Assembly: GCA_024704765.1 (NCBI GenBank)
Contig: JAKMXF010000155.1
Span: 248,001-312,000 of the forward strand
Source: Oopsacas minuta
Taxonomy: Eukaryota; Animalia; Porifera
Length of the DNA: 64,000 nucleotides
Direction of reading: 5' to 3'
How positions within the stretch are numbered: position 1 is the stretch's first letter; each line of letters begins with the position of its first letter. This document shows positions 36,841-51,323 of the stretch, piece by piece. The translations under genes were made by a program, and so were the position numbers. Under the pieces are notes generated by a model. That model was not told the origin of the DNA, did not search any database, and saw nothing but the letters and a program-made list of their open reading frames with translations.

Positions 36841-37504
36841 CCAAGGAGTGTTTCAGAAAATTAATGCTATTTTCAAATCCGAATGCACGATTAATAGCTC
36901 TTTTTTTTATTTTATTGATTTATCCAAAAATGGTATACAGTGTAATCATCTTATCAATTATTTAGCATCGAATAATTACAAAGGTCTTGTAGAAATTAAA
37001 TTTTGAATTCAGATTTGAATTCTACTCACATATCAATTTATTGTATTTATCCTGCCAGTGGCATAAGTAGCGGTGAAATTCACCACATAACTGATTGAAT
37101 CAAATTTTGTTTGTCTAAGCAGTATACAGATTGTACCAAATACTATGCTATGATTATTGTGGATTGCCGCGGACCTGTGCACTAATAGGATGCTATACAG
37201 GACTATACAGTATACCCTGGAGTGCCCTCATGACGGTAGGAGACGTTCCGGTTGATCTGGTTTCACCGAACCAATTTGATGGCTCCATATGTTTTTGTAT
37301 GGGTTTCCACGGAATATTTGGTTCCTGTTATCATTTTGTGACAGTTTCTGCCCAATAGTATGTTCCTTGCTACGGCCCTTACCTCTTGTGCACTTAAGGT
37401 ATGTGAATAGGTACAACATTCCCACTTTTCTTCGGCCCTGGGAGCTTATTCATCTGTTTGATTAATTGAACTGATAAACATGTACGCGCTGCACTGATCA
37501 CATA

Positions 37505-38855
37505 CAGTGCAGGTCAAAAAGAATTGCTCAGAATAATTTTACCTCACATTCTTATCTCTATGACTGATTTTAACTATAATGCTTTATTATAATCAAGTAA
37601 ATTGTCATTAGTATTTAGTAGAACCTCCTCTTGCTTGAATTACGGCTTTACATCTTTACGGCATACTCTCAATTGGAGTATGGAGCCTGTTAATGTCGAT
37701 GCTATCTCAAGTGCTTAATATGGCATTCCACAACTCTGAGTGGTTGGATGGGCTTTTCTCTTGAATTCGGATGGAAATGTGATCCCAAAGATTCTCAATT
37801 GGATTTAGATCAGGTGACTGAGCAGGCCAATTCATAACCTCTATTTTTTGCTCACCAAGCCATTGCTTAGACCCTTTGACCAATGGCTTGGGGCGTTGTC
37901 TTGCTGAAATGTCCATCCAAAATGTAGAGAATGCTAATTAACGCTTGGGATTAGTGCATTTTCCAATATATCAATGTAGGAATTTGTCTTGAGGTTCCCA
38001 GATACTTTCCACAAGAGTCCTACACCACTCCAGCAAAAGCATCACCAAACCATGATGCCACCTCCACCAAACTTGCAAGTTTTTTGAAGACACCTCCCTG
38101 AGATCTTCTCCCCTTTCATCCTCCTGATGTATGCTCTCCCGTCATTAGTATACAGAAAGAACCTAGATTCGTCACTGAACACAACTCTTGCCCATTCTTC
38201 TTTATTCCAATTCTTGTGCGATCTTGCGAAGGAAAGTCGGTCTCTTTTGTGCTTGGTAGTAAGGCGGGGCTTCCTTCGCGGTTTTCGTACGAATAGTCTA
38301 GCCCCTCGTAACCTTCTCTGAACTGTTGAAGTGGAAAGTTCTATCGAATATTCTGATAACACTTCAGCTTTGATCTGAGTAGAAGTCTTAAATCGATCCT
38401 TTTTGCATTTTCTGACCAATGAATTGTCTTGCCTTTTGGTTGTGACACGAGGCCTACCCGGAATAGCGAGGTCTCTTACCGAGCCAGTTAGCCTGTGTTT
38501 CTTAAGGATCTTGGCTACACTTTTTTTGGCTACACCCAACCATTTTAGCTATCTCCCTCTAAGTATGGTCACTTTCTGAAAGTAGTATAGGGTTGCTTGA
38601 TTTTCAATGGAAATTCTGGGTTGTGAAAGCATTGTAAACTCGATAAAAACGGATAAATTGGAAAAAATAATACAAATAAAATCGGTAAGTTGTGCAAATG
38701 TACTGAGTGGATTAGCTGTGTTGGTGTGTTATTTGTCAAAATACATATGGCTGAGTATGGTTTCGCAAGAATTCAACTATCTGGTCAGCGTATGCATTAT
38801 GACATTTACTATACTGTATACATTCATTTTGAGCAATTCTTTTTGACCGGAACTG
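37505..38855 (-). mobile_element. Tc1 (DD34E-type) element, defective
   Basis: TIR CAGT..(A/C)GGTCAAAAAGAATTGCTCA with TA flanks. Motifs FSDESRF, KFGGGGIMVW, QQDNAP and WPAQSPDLNPIENLW. Frameshifts present. Confidence 0.93.
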
Positions 38856-39144
38856 TAAATATATTTGATTATATCTATGGAAACGAGTTTCATTTCATAA
38901 GCAAACAGAAAATATAGGAGCATTCGAATATGAAGAATGTTAATTTGGTAGTGTGTGCGAGGTTTGTATTGTACTATTTCTAAGTCTATAAATGATAAAT
39001 TAATAAAATATTTTACCCATGGTTCATGAAAATTCCTTATAATTTCTTTTCGAGGAAATTTTCACTGTTGGTTAGTAATACATTTTGACAACCAATACAG
39101 CACCGTTTGCAGGATTTTGAGAAAATCGATTAATCCGCTATATA

Positions 39145-40417
39145 CAGGGCGACAATTAAGTTCTGATACATAGTTCCATAGATCTGATACATTTCAAATT
39201 TATTATATTACCATTTCTATCATTTATATTATAACATATATGTCTTCCTGTTATGCTCAAACAGTAATCTAAATCTATATACGCATAAAATCAGAAATTT
39301 CAAGATGGAAGTAAAGAGGTAAAAAATTATCTCATTATTTATAACCGGATGCACCCAGAGGGAGATGTAGAAAAAGCTGAAAAGTGAAAAGATCAACAGA
39401 TCATTCATTTATCGTACTATTAAATAATATAACGGTACTGAAAAGTGTAGAGGACAAGCCTCGTTCTTGGCGACCGACTACAGTTCGTATGAGAGCACTA
39501 AGGGAAAAACTCCGCAGTAGAATCCGCCGAAGTCCTAGGCGGTCAATCCGGAAGATGGCAAGGGAGTACTCTGTTAATCACGAAACAATGCGAAAGGTGA
39601 TACATGAGGACCTGGGACTTAAATCACTCAAACAAAAGGACTTGAATGGTGCTAAATGCTTCTGCGGCACCTAGTAAATGAAGATTATGAACGCATATTG
39701 TTTTCGGAAGAAAAGAGTTTCACGGTAGAAGAAGCAACTAACTGCCAAAATGACAGAATTATTGCGTCGTCATGCAAAGACATCCCTGAGAGCATTAAAT
39801 TCATCAATCGAGTGCAAAGACCGCTCTCTGTAATGTTCTGGACTGGAGTGTCCGCAGATTCTTGGACAAAATTGATTTTTGTCCCACAAGGGGTAAAAAT
39901 TAACTCGCAAGCATATAGAGATTTGATTCTTGAGTCTGTAATCAAATCTGCTGGTTTATCCTTGTTCAAAAGCACACCCTGGATATTCCAGCAGGACTCT
40001 GCGCCAGGGGATGGCTCGAAAGCAACTCGATCCTAGCTTTTAGGGGAAAATATTGACTTTTTGTCCAAGGAAGAATGGCCTTCTTCAAGTCCAGATTTGA
40101 ATCCACCTGACTCCTCCGTCTGGGGGAGTTTACAGAGCAGATCCTGCGCTGCTCCCCATAGAAGTTTTGGAATCTCTGCGGAAGGCTTTGATTACAGAAT
40201 AGGCGAAAGTTCCGCAAGAAGAACTCCGTAAATCTGTCCAACGGTTTCAAGGACGACTTAAAGCTGTAGTAATGGCAAAAGGCGGTTATATCAAATAGAA
40301 TTGGAATGAAGATTTATTATGATATGCTTTAACTGCCAGTGAAATTTAGATTGAAAGAATAACTAGTTTAGGAAAAACCAGAGTTTATTCGTGTATCAGA
40401 GCTTAATTGTCATCCTG
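39145..40417 (+). mobile_element. DD37D (maT-type) Tc1/mariner element, defective
   Basis: 25-bp TIR CAGGGCGACAATTAAGTTCTGATAC (3 mismatches) with TA flanks. Motif FSEEKSFTV, then QQDSAP to SPDLNPPD with 37 residues between the Ds. Confidence 0.92.
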
Positions 40418-41252
40418 TATATCAGATTATTATCCGGCCCAACATTTTTCATCAGTATTTCATAAACTGTACATTATTGTTCTCAAAATGTTTTATTGAC
40501 CGATATAAAATCCCCCCAAACTACTAAAATCAAAGTTATCAGTGCTCTATCCATGATCAAACTGCATTTCTCACCCAAAGGTGATGGAAATATGATAACA
40601 CGCGCTCAAATCCAGCAATATTACAAATTCTTCTTCCATGAATATATATTTCTGGATTCCATTTACGTTTTATATACTGAATCAATAGCATTTTAGATAA
40701 CATAATAATTTGGTTTTCTCTCAGAAAACCAAATTTGAGGTAGCCTATAGTATCGATTTAACTATCCAAAGATTACTCTGATAGTGGCCATATTTTGATA
40801 CATGCCAAACATTTTTGCATAATTTTGATTATTTCTGTTTTTTCTTGGTGATATGATTTAGCCTTCAAAGTTGCTATATATGTGTATTGATCGTATCCAA
40901 TAATATTCGTAGTTTCATAGCCCATATACGTATTCGCAAATTCCAAGCCTGTTATCGATTATTGTAGTCTTATTGCCATTTTACTGTGAGGACGTAAACC
41001 TATTTAGCCTTATATGATAAAATACTTACCTTTCTTCAGGACCTATGTATACCAACAATTAACTTTAAAATTGATTAACAATTGTTAGAAAAATTCGGAT
41101 ATTTTAAGTTTGTGAAGTTATTGCGAGGCTGGGGTTACCTAACCTAATCATTCTAGATTGGATTGGTTCATATAGCGTAGCACACGATCACTTGGATAAA
41201 ACTGAAGTATAGCACATAAGGCATACTTCACTAAATAATTATCACTGGCTAC

Positions 41253-41385
41253 CTTCGCTAGCTTGGTCGCTGTGCGACAGCATAGGTCTAAAGTTAGTTT
41301 AAGTATCAAATAGCTCCATTTCTTGATGCTTTTGGTCACTACGCGACGGGATATGCTAAGCACTACATGTCTCGGAGTGAAATTT
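41253..41385 (+). repeat. Short dispersed repeat family, copy D
   Basis: Contains TTGGTCGCTGTGCGAC and TTGGTCACTACGCGAC. Followed by a hairpin GTGAAATTTTTGTGGGAA...TTCCCACAAAAGATTTCAC at about 41377-41419. Confidence 0.6.
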
Positions 41386-41704
41386 TTGTGGGAATTTTAT
41401 TTCCCACAAAAGATTTCACCCTATGGCCCATCCGAATTCCATTTACTGGACTTTGTGGTAATAGTGGAACTCTTACGTTAGTTTAAGTTAATAATACGTG
41501 GGTTAAGTTCGCACTTCGTGTCTCGAATAATATGAAACGACCCTACTGAGGCACTTGATATAGCTGTATCAATCTGTTTAACACTTTCAAAAAGTTGCAA
41601 AATAGCCATTGAACATTTCATCATATTATCATCATTCAAGAACACAACGGATCAAACATTGTCAAAGGAAATCAATTATATGTCAGATATATACTTGTCT
41701 TATA

Positions 41705-43051
41705 CTGGGGCATTCAATATGTCTTGCGAATGATATCATAGAACAGGGTACAAACACCATACAAACTATTTCACTACATTATTTATTCAAAGTAATCACC
41801 TCCTGCAGATACCCAAAGTTTTAACCTTTCCACCCACTTGTAAAACACATTTCTGTACTCTTCTTCGGCGAAGGATTTGATGTACTGGCACAGGCTCGTT
41901 CCGAGTGTTTGTAATGTGCTAACATCTTTCCCTTGGAGGTAGATTTTGAGCTAGGGGAATAGCCAAAAATCACACGGAGCTAGGTCTGGTGAGTATGGTG
42001 GATGGGGAAGTAATTCTAACCCTTCTACATCCAAGAAACTTTTGGTAGGTTAGCTGTATGGGAACTGGCGTTATCAATTAAAATCTTCATTCCTCTAGTT
42101 CCGATTTTCAGGCTGTACTTTTCTATATTTATTGTCAAGTTTGGAAGCTCTTGCTCTGTGAAGAATGTAGCAGTAACAGCTTTGCCACTCTCATAAGGTG
42201 ATTGCATGACAATTATATGACTATTGATGAATATGGTATACATAATCTTAGGTTTTCTGGAGTCGGGCCTGGGAATTTACGTCGGTTGTTCGTCGCCCCT
42301 CACCCATGATCGCTTCTTATACTTGCTATATGGTGTTGAATAGTACACCACGTCTCGTCACCAGTAGTAATCTTTGTTAGGCCTCTAGAATCGCAGTTTT
42401 CATAAGTTTCCAAGAGTTTCTTGGCAATATTCAGTTGTGCCAACCTTTGATTCTCACTGAGCTTATGCGGGACCCATTTCCCACAAATCGATCGGTAGCC
42501 AAGGTCAGTCGTCAGAATTGTATGAATAGCTCTCGATGGAATCTCCTTATTTGTTCTAACTGATTGACAGTAATGCACTTGTCTTCCATGACCGTACTTT
42601 CAATGAGTGCGATATTTTCTGAAGTGGTGGCGATACGGGTCTTCCAGATCGAGGCAAATCTGTGATATCAGCATCACCAGATCTAAAACGGGCAGCCCAT
42701 CGCTCTACAGTAGATCTGGAAGGGAAATCCACGTAACTATATCTCCTGTAACTCGCTAAGGATCTTTACCGGCTGGATCTTTATTTTTGCACGAAACTCC
42801 ATGTAAGCAAGCTGGACAATTGAGGTTCAAATTTTCATCCTTTGAAGCCATTAATTGAACAGTAGGTATGAATTGGCTACGGGTAATTATCTCAAAAAAT
42901 CATAATTTGTATTGAATATGCTTGAAACTTTCAGTATATGGAGTTTAACTACATGGGCTTGTAATATATGAAAGTTAGATATATTAGTTGACTAATTCTT
43001 AAGATATATCATGACCCGTCGAGACTTATTGAACGCCCTCAAGTTTTTTTC
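41705..43051 (-). mobile_element. Mariner (DD34D) element, decayed
   Basis: Diverged TIRs around a GGGC.TTCAATA.GTCT core. Motifs WVPHKL, TGDETW, DNASSH and PPYSPDLAPCDFWLF. Confidence 0.88.
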
Positions 43052-44551
43052 AAATTCTCTAGATTGGTCATTCATCTTAAATAGAATTTGGAATTTTTTG
43101 CAATCGACTACGTCCCCCATAGACTCCCTATTACATAGTGGATCCCTTCTATCCATTTCGTATCCCTTGATGGCCACAGCTCCCAGGTTACGAACTACTG
43201 GTCTATTTCATACCTAAAGTGGTCATTATAGCACTACCTTTAACTGTTTGAAATTATATTTAATGTGCTCGTTCGAATTTGAGAGTGGTTAGGAAAATTG
43301 GATTAGAGCGTGCCTACATAAAATTGCGCAGGCCAAGGCAAACTGCAGATTCCTCTTCCTGTTCTACCGGCCAGTTGCTTGTAGTTATCACTTCCGAAAT
43401 CCTCTATTTCTAAGGTAATGTTATCGGAATAGAGGAATTCTTTTGACTATTATGGGAATACCTTTTGGAATGCCCTCTGAAATCCTATGGGAATCCCACA
43501 GGATATCCTCTTGAAATGGAATCACAATGTGAAACAATTACTTATTCCCACAGCAACCATTACTATTTGTCCTTCCCATCTTCTTAATTAACCAATCTTC
43601 CTGGTCCACATTTCGTATTTTATCGCCTGATACTTTTTGTTTCCTCGTGAAAATGGGCCTTGTTATTTAAGGAAAGTTGTTGACATTTAGTAATAACAAG
43701 AAATAGCTTGTCAAAAAATATTGAAGTATATTTGAACAGGCTAACTGTCAAACCTCATTAGTATATTTGTTTGGATAATAATGTAATTACTTCATGGGCG
43801 ATAATATTTTGTCCTTTTGGCCTGACATGGTGTTCTGTCCGAAGATAGCAGAGCGTGGTCCTATCTCATTTTCTATTTTTGCTTTGAATCCATTTTCATT
43901 ATTTAACGTTTTATAATATATCGAAGATTGGTACATTTCTTAGATGAATGCTAACTTTACAAATTGTTTAACACTCTCCTGTACATATTTACTATACACT
44001 AACCTTGCAAAAGTTTTTCGACACCACTAGATATGCAGACATTTGCACATGCATATTATACGAGTAGTCACACCCAAAGAACTATTTGGTTATGTGAGTT
44101 AAGATATATCTGACTAAATATATGACAAGTCTAACAAATACATAGTTTTTAACCACGCTTTGTTCGGTTAATAGATAAAGAACTAAATAATTTTATCATT
44201 ATTAATGCACAAAATCAGATTCGAAGTGTGTCCCCATACAAATTGGTGCAAACCTAAGTCATTTTTGCCTCTTCAGCCACATGTGGCACAATATTCTGAT
44301 GACATACTTCAGCAGAATTTCCTCTAAACCCGTGGTTCTCAACCTGTGGTATGCGAGCTCCTTCTGGTGGTACGCGAGGTATCTCATTTTTTTGGGTATA
44401 TGTCAAAATTTGAATATTATATACTAAAATACTCATTGTAATACGTTAGCAAGGGTAAAAGCATATGGATGGTTGGCTTAGAACAGTGACCGTAAGGAAG
44501 AGAAGTGAGGATGGAGAGAATAATATCTCGATTGTAACTGGCGAATTGGAG

Positions 44552-47091
44552 CAGAGCTGCAAATGGGTCACTGACCCATGGGTCAATGGGTCAGATGGGT
44601 CACTTTTTTAAGATGGGTCAGTGGGTCATGGGTCATGCGTTAATGGGTCATGACCCATCAAAATTTTATTTATATACAATGTAGGCTAAAAGAGTTATTT
44701 GTCAATTAGAAAACCTTCTAAATAGAGTTAATAGAGGTGGTCATTATACTAAATGTTTGGAATACTGCAAGTGAGAGTCATATTTATGTCTTCAGGTATA
44801 GTAACTGCAATCATCAATTAAGTTTTCGTGTCTTAATCTTATCGGCAAACCTACTATGTACAATATTACCGGAATCTTAGGATTGCTATTCAAATAGACA
44901 GAAATCTTCAAGTATAAATATATATATCTAGACTGACATTTTTCATTTATATATTCCTCTGAGATCTTCTTACTGTCGTAAATGTCTAACAACTGTGAAG
45001 ATCTAAGGGCTGCTCTCCACCATGGTGATATGTTCTTATGCAACAACGACGACCCCAAGTGCAAAGCAGATGTGTGGAAGAAATTCCGATTGATAAAAAT
45101 CAAAGCAACTAATGAATTACTATTTGGTTGGTCAGCCTGTAAAGATTGCTTCGTATGTCTAAAATTCAAAGCAAAACAAACTGATGGCTCTGTTAGATTA
45201 TACGGAACTAAAAATCTCGCGACCATTACAAAACCTGCTCCCTCAAAGGGGAAACTCAATCTTCGGTAGCAAGTTTTTTCAAGAAAACCCCAGGAAAGCA
45301 CTTCACGAGAGAAGAAGGGAAGCGAGTGAAGGATGCGGAGGTCCGTATGGTTGTTCAAGGTGGTACTTCATTTATGTTTGTCGATAATCCCGGGTTGAGA
45401 TTATTTGCTCAGAAAATGATCCAAATTGGAAGCATGTACGGAAATCTTGATGTTAATGACGTGCTTTTTGGTAGAGAAACGGTCAAAAGGTCTACATTTG
45501 AGAAAATGAATGAGTGTCAAGAGAAAATCAAGAAATCAATTGCGGAATGTTCTTTGAACAAAATGGTGGCATTTACTACAGATTTGGCGACAGATAACAT
45601 AAACCATAATTCTTATCTCGATTTTACCGTGTTCTGGATAGATGGTTCGTGGACCCTGAATCATTCAATGTATCGATGTTCCTATTTTCCTGAAAAGCAT
45701 ACTGCCGTCAATATAGAAAAAGTGATTGATGAAAATCTGTCTGAACTAAATCTATCTCTTGTGGACACGCCATGTACTACTGATAAAGGATCAAATTTCA
45801 TATGCGCTACTCTTGCTAAAACCCATGTTGATTGCGCATGTCATCGTATAAATACCGTAATTGACATTGCATGGAAACAAGCAATGGACTCAAATCCTGA
45901 GCTGAAGTTCCTTGATCAGTCTGCTCATACTTTGGTTAAATTTGTTAATCAAGCGTGTGGAATTCAATCAGAGCTTCCTACAACACTAAAACACGGAGGT
46001 GAAACACGCCCATGGAGGAGTTTATATTCTATGTTTTTTTCTATTCTAGTGAGTAGGGAGACTTTAGTCATAGAACTTCGAAAACGAAAACGTGAGAATT
46101 TAATTTATCATTTCGATATCGATTTGTTAAGGGAAGTTGTTGAGTTTCTATCTGGTTTTTCTGATTTATTTGACTTGCTAGAATATGCCAATAAACCGAC
46201 CCTTCAAAATGTCGTCCCAGTATACTACACGCTGTACGAGCTTTGGCAAATAAAAGAAGAAGATTCTGAAATACAGCAAGTTCTGAAGGCAAAATTTCTT
46301 CCGGTATTGACAGAGAAGTTGTGGAACAGTATTGGTATGCTTCATCTCAGTGCCACGTTTCTTGACCCACCGTTGAGATCGTTTACGTTCGTAAGATCAA
46401 AAGTTGATCGGGAGGGTTTCTTTAGACAGATCAAGGAATCTCTTCTTATTCTAGCAAAAGAGGTGGCTCAAACTAATGAATGTGTTAACATCAAGGATGT
46501 TGCCATTACCAACTTTGAGTTGGATCAATCTAACCTTGATGTGCAACCTCAAAAGAAGGTTAAATATGATCCATTCAGTTGGTTTCAAATCAATGAGACC
46601 ACGACACCAACAACAACAAATCAAATTACAGACATGATTTACAATTTAATGAAGAATTGCAAATGTACATTTAAGAAACGGTTCCGAAACGGGAGAATTT
46701 TAATCTCCTGATTGGTGGAAGCAGAAAAAACTTAGGTTTCCATTATTATCGAAAATTGCCATGAGACTATTGGTAATTCAAGCATCCTCATCCGAAAGCG
46801 AGAGACACTTTAGTGCCTTTAATGCTCGGCATATTGTAACATCTCAAAGGAATGCAATGTTGCCAGAAACTATCGAAGCTGTCTCTGTTGTGTTGGAAGG
46901 ATATAAAAACAACCTGATTTATTAATGTGTTAGACTAAATACTTACATTATACTTGCTCCTAATAATGAAATACATAATGGGTCAGAAAATAATAAATGG
47001 GTCATGACCCATGGGTCAATGGGTCATGGGTCACTACTTCGATGGGTCACATGGGTCATGGGTCACTTCATGTGACCCATTTGCAGCTCTG
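44552..47091 (+). mobile_element. Hermes/hobo-like hAT (Ac group), full length
   Basis: Perfect 20-bp TIR CAGAGCTGCAAATGGGTCAC, perfect 8-bp TSD AATTGGAG, and arrays of ATGGGTC subterminal repeats at both ends. Confidence 0.96.
44982..46925 (+). pseudogene. Hermes-like hAT transposase, frameshifted
   Basis: BED-finger-like fragment (WKKF..WSACKDC) at 44982-45269 and a 461-aa core ORF at 45326-46711 (FTTDLATD, TTDKGSNF, CACHRIN, ETRPWRS). The dimerisation domain (WWKQ..FPLLSKIA..QASSSESERHFS) is in another frame. Confidence 0.9.
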
Positions 47092-47998
47092 AATTGGAGT
47101 ACTGTGAAGCGACCGCAAGTGCCTGTGGTAGGAAAGTTAGTGAAGTCTGCACGACAACTAACGTTTGTAGCAAACGCCGCAAAGTTATAATAAAATGTGA
47201 TCAGAGTCATCTCAGTTTTGGATTCAGTTGGACCGGGACGGAGGGGGAGCCTAGGCCGTAGTGTGTAATGTGTGATAATGTTCTCAGCAATGAAAGCATG
47301 AAGCCTGCGCATCTCAAACGGCATCTTACAACCAAACACGCAGTATTAAAAGACAAACCGATTGCATTCTTTCAGAGAAAACTTGATGAACTGAGGCAGT
47401 CAAAGGCAATGATTCTGTCCTGTGTTACACCCGTAGCCAACGCACAGGAAGCCTCCTACCTTGCCAGCCTACGCATAGCCAAAGCCGGTAAGCCGCGTAA
47501 TATTGGCGAGGAGCTGTGTCTACGGTTAGCAGAAGAGATCACATATATTATGTGTGAGGAGAAGGCTGCCAGACAGTTAAACTTGGTGCCGCTTTCAAAC
47601 GACACCGTATCGCGGAGAATAGTTGACATGGCAGATGACGTTAAAAACATAGTCGTTATTTTTCAATACAGCTAGATGAGACAACTGACTTAGCAGATTT
47701 AGCTGATTTGCTAGTTTATGTCAGATATGAATACGATGGAACACCTCAAGAGGACTTTTGTTCTGTCAGTCACTGATAACGAGAACTACAGCAGAGCACA
47801 TTTTTCTGTTATTGAATACTTTTATGGAAGAGAATTGTCTCGATTGGAAAAGTGTGTTGGAGTTTGCACCGATGGCGCCAGGGCCATGACCGGTCGTCAC
47901 AACGGAGTAGCTGCTCGAATTAGCGAAGTGGCCACCGAGATACGATGGACCCACTACAGCATTCATCGCGGAGCCCTGGCAGTGAAGAAAATGCCTAA

Positions 47999-48196
<198 letters not shown>

Positions 48197-48477
48197 TAAT
48201 CCTACAAGACAAAGAATTTCCCTTGTTGCACCTTTTTGAAAACAATGAGTGGCTGAGTCAACTTGCTTACCTGTCAGAAATTTTCTCTCGCTTGAACGAC
48301 CTACATTTGGGACTACAAGGAGTGTCTATTACTGTTTTTGACGTGAATGACAAATCAACGTAATGGTGAAGAAGCTGCAGCTGTTTGAGATGAATATCAA
48401 GGCAGGTAATGTTTCAGTTTCCCCACTTTGAAGAGTTTTATGTCTGAGAACAAGCTGACCCTTGATGATGGTGTCAG

Positions 48478-51323
48478 CAGTGGTGTTTGCCATAAAAAGA
48501 AGTGGGGGGCGTTGTCTTTCCAAATTTACCATTTTCTTAGAAACATAGGTGAAAACGGCTCCCAATAATGAAGTGGGGGCTCCATACCTCCCACCCGCGC
48601 GCTCCCTTCAAAATACCACTGATTATTATTATATATAATGGTGTGTTTATATTTATATCAGATAAAAACAACTACGTGAAACATGTATAATATGTAAGGT
48701 TTCAATAATTCACGATACATTGTAAATGCCTAAATTCTATGTATATTATTCAAATATACTTCCAAACTGGGTTTTCTTCAACTATCTGACTATTGCTACC
48801 CCTTATTTGAGTATTTGATGCACTCCGGTGATTTCTTAGCCAACATCTAGCATAATCACTAGGATCCCATTAGAAAGTGGAGGACCATTAAGTTTAATGA
48901 ATAGGAGAGCAGATATGTGTGGTATAAGCAGCCGAGAACACCGATCCTCCAATATGATATTCATATGACTGAACCCACGTTCACATTCTGCAGTACTACA
49001 TGGGACCAGTTGGATACAATCAAACAATGGTTTTATTGTGGGTGGCAAGGATGTACCGGAATTTTCATAATAGTCACAAAAAGCATTAACATATAATGCT
49101 TCGTTAAGGCCGAATCGTTGACAAAGACTTTTAATTTCAGATTCACCATATCCAGGTTGATGTTCAATAGGCCAACTATCCTTGTTCAAAATATTGAACT
49201 CACTCATAAAGATTGTAAATATTTTGATCAGTTGGCGACCTGGAAAATGTAGTAACAAATAACCTGTCCTTCATCCTGTTGACAAGACATTCCAGAAATC
49301 TCTGCTTATTAATGGTTACAATATTCTGATTATGAAGGGTAATACTGTGAAATGACAGAGAATGAACTGCAGTTTGAACTTCAAGAGATTTAGAACCCAA
49401 TGTAAATTGCAGTGCCTCTAAACGTCTAATAGTTCTACGTATCAATTTATCCGCACTGATAATGGTCATCTCTCGATTTTGGAGCATCTGTGAGAGATTT
49501 GATAATTCATATAGGGTGTCAAACATTAAAGCAAGATCTGTTAAAAACTCAGGAGAACGCATAGGTCTTAAAAGTCCTGTGAACGATGCTCTATCCTTCG
49601 AATTCCATTCGGATCATTAGATGCTTTTTCGAAATGAGCACACAATGGATGAAAATTATTCCAAACAGCCGAAACATTACGAAAAGAACTTGCAACCCAT
49701 CTAGTGTCCAAAATTCGCCCAATCTTTTTAACTTCCATTTCCAAAGTCTGACAGCATTCTCTTAGTTCCCTTTGATTTTTTGGTGAACGACTGTAAAGTG
49801 AATACAATTTGTCGAAGAAATGTTGAAAATGATTAATAGCTGTCACTTCATTAATTGTGTCATGAATAGAAAATTCTAATCGATGGTTTAAACAATGCCA
49901 CACAATGATTTTAGGATACTTTGCAATTAACCTCGTAGATACGCTAGAATTTTTACCAAGCATGACGCTCGCACCATCACTGGCAAAACTTACAAAATTT
50001 CTTCCTAAGAAATCATCATCAAATCCATGAGTATTTAGGCAGTTCAATAAAGTTGTAGTTATTATTAACGATGATTGTCCTGATAGTTCCAAGAGCTCCA
50101 AAAACAAAAAATGTGGATAATCCAGCTTGGATGTTTTGCATTTTATGTAGACGATCAATGTTTGTTTTATTCGATATAGTGGTGGATTCGTCAACCAAAA
50201 TCGAAATTTTACCATCTACCTCGAGAATTCTGTTGCAAATCTTTCTGCACATTTCACTAGCAATCATGTCAATCATAACAGTGGCAGTGGACCGTGAGTA
50301 CAAACACATACCGAGATTTGCCCCATTCAATGTCTGTAGTTCAATTAGATCTGGGTGATTTGAGTAAGGTTTGTCATTTTTCGCAATATAATACGCTGTA
50401 CGAATCACCTTTTGTGTAAGTTCAATACGAGATGCATTCACTACATCAACTCTCTTTTCTAATCTTTCCATAGTTGCTTCTTCCAAAATTTGTTTAGCCG
50501 AACTATGGGCATTTGATAACAAATGTTTTGATATCTTTTTCTAATACTTTTTAACATTGCAGGTTTTGATTTCCTGAGTAATTCACTGTGCATTTAGACC
50601 AATTTTCAGAGATTGAACTTCCTTGAGTTTTTTTAATGCCCAATAATGACACCTTCTTACATAGGGAACAGCCTAATTTACCTTTGTGACATATCAACCA
50701 AGGGTATGTAATAGTTTTTCAAACCATTGATCAGCTGAATAAATATTTGGAAAATCGATTTGTTCAGCACTTTCTTTGGGAATTGAGATGTTAAGAGTTG
50801 ATTGGTTTATACTGTGAGAAATATCCGTAGGTAATTCTGTTATGCTTGATTCTGCACTACTATTTGAGCAGGATTCTTCCCCTATTGAAGATAAAACGAA
50901 ATTCGCGTCCGAAGCTGTTGATGTAAAAAGTGGAGTTTGCGTGAAATCTAAATTAGATTCTTCGTATGCAACTAATCTTTGATTTAAGCTGACAGAGATC
51001 AGGCCCAAATCTTCTGTATCTTGATGAGTTTTAGTTTTCTTGGGAAAATAATCATCAATAAAACTGTGCTTATTTTTCATTATATTTAGAAATCTTAGGA
51101 AGAATAAAATATGTAATGGTAAAGAAAATAGATCAGATATTTATGCGAGTGAAACGTAGTGCTAAAGTACTAATAAAGACAATAATATCATAGTAAGTCA
51201 GTAAATATAGATAAATTAAGTCCATTAACTGATAAACTCGGGAGTCGGGTGCTAGAATGAGGCCAAAGTTCTTCCAGATTATGTGACAAGAGTGCCCCCC
51301 GAGCCCCCCCCAAAACATCACTG
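48478..51323 (-). mobile_element. Tip100-group hAT with a KIAA1586/ZNF862-like transposase, defective
   Basis: TIR CAGTG(G/A)TGTTT and perfect 8-bp TSD GGTGTCAG. Fragments ILVDESTT, FASDGASVMLG, HCLNHRLE, LDTRWVASSFR and CSTAECERGFSHMN. Confidence 0.92.
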
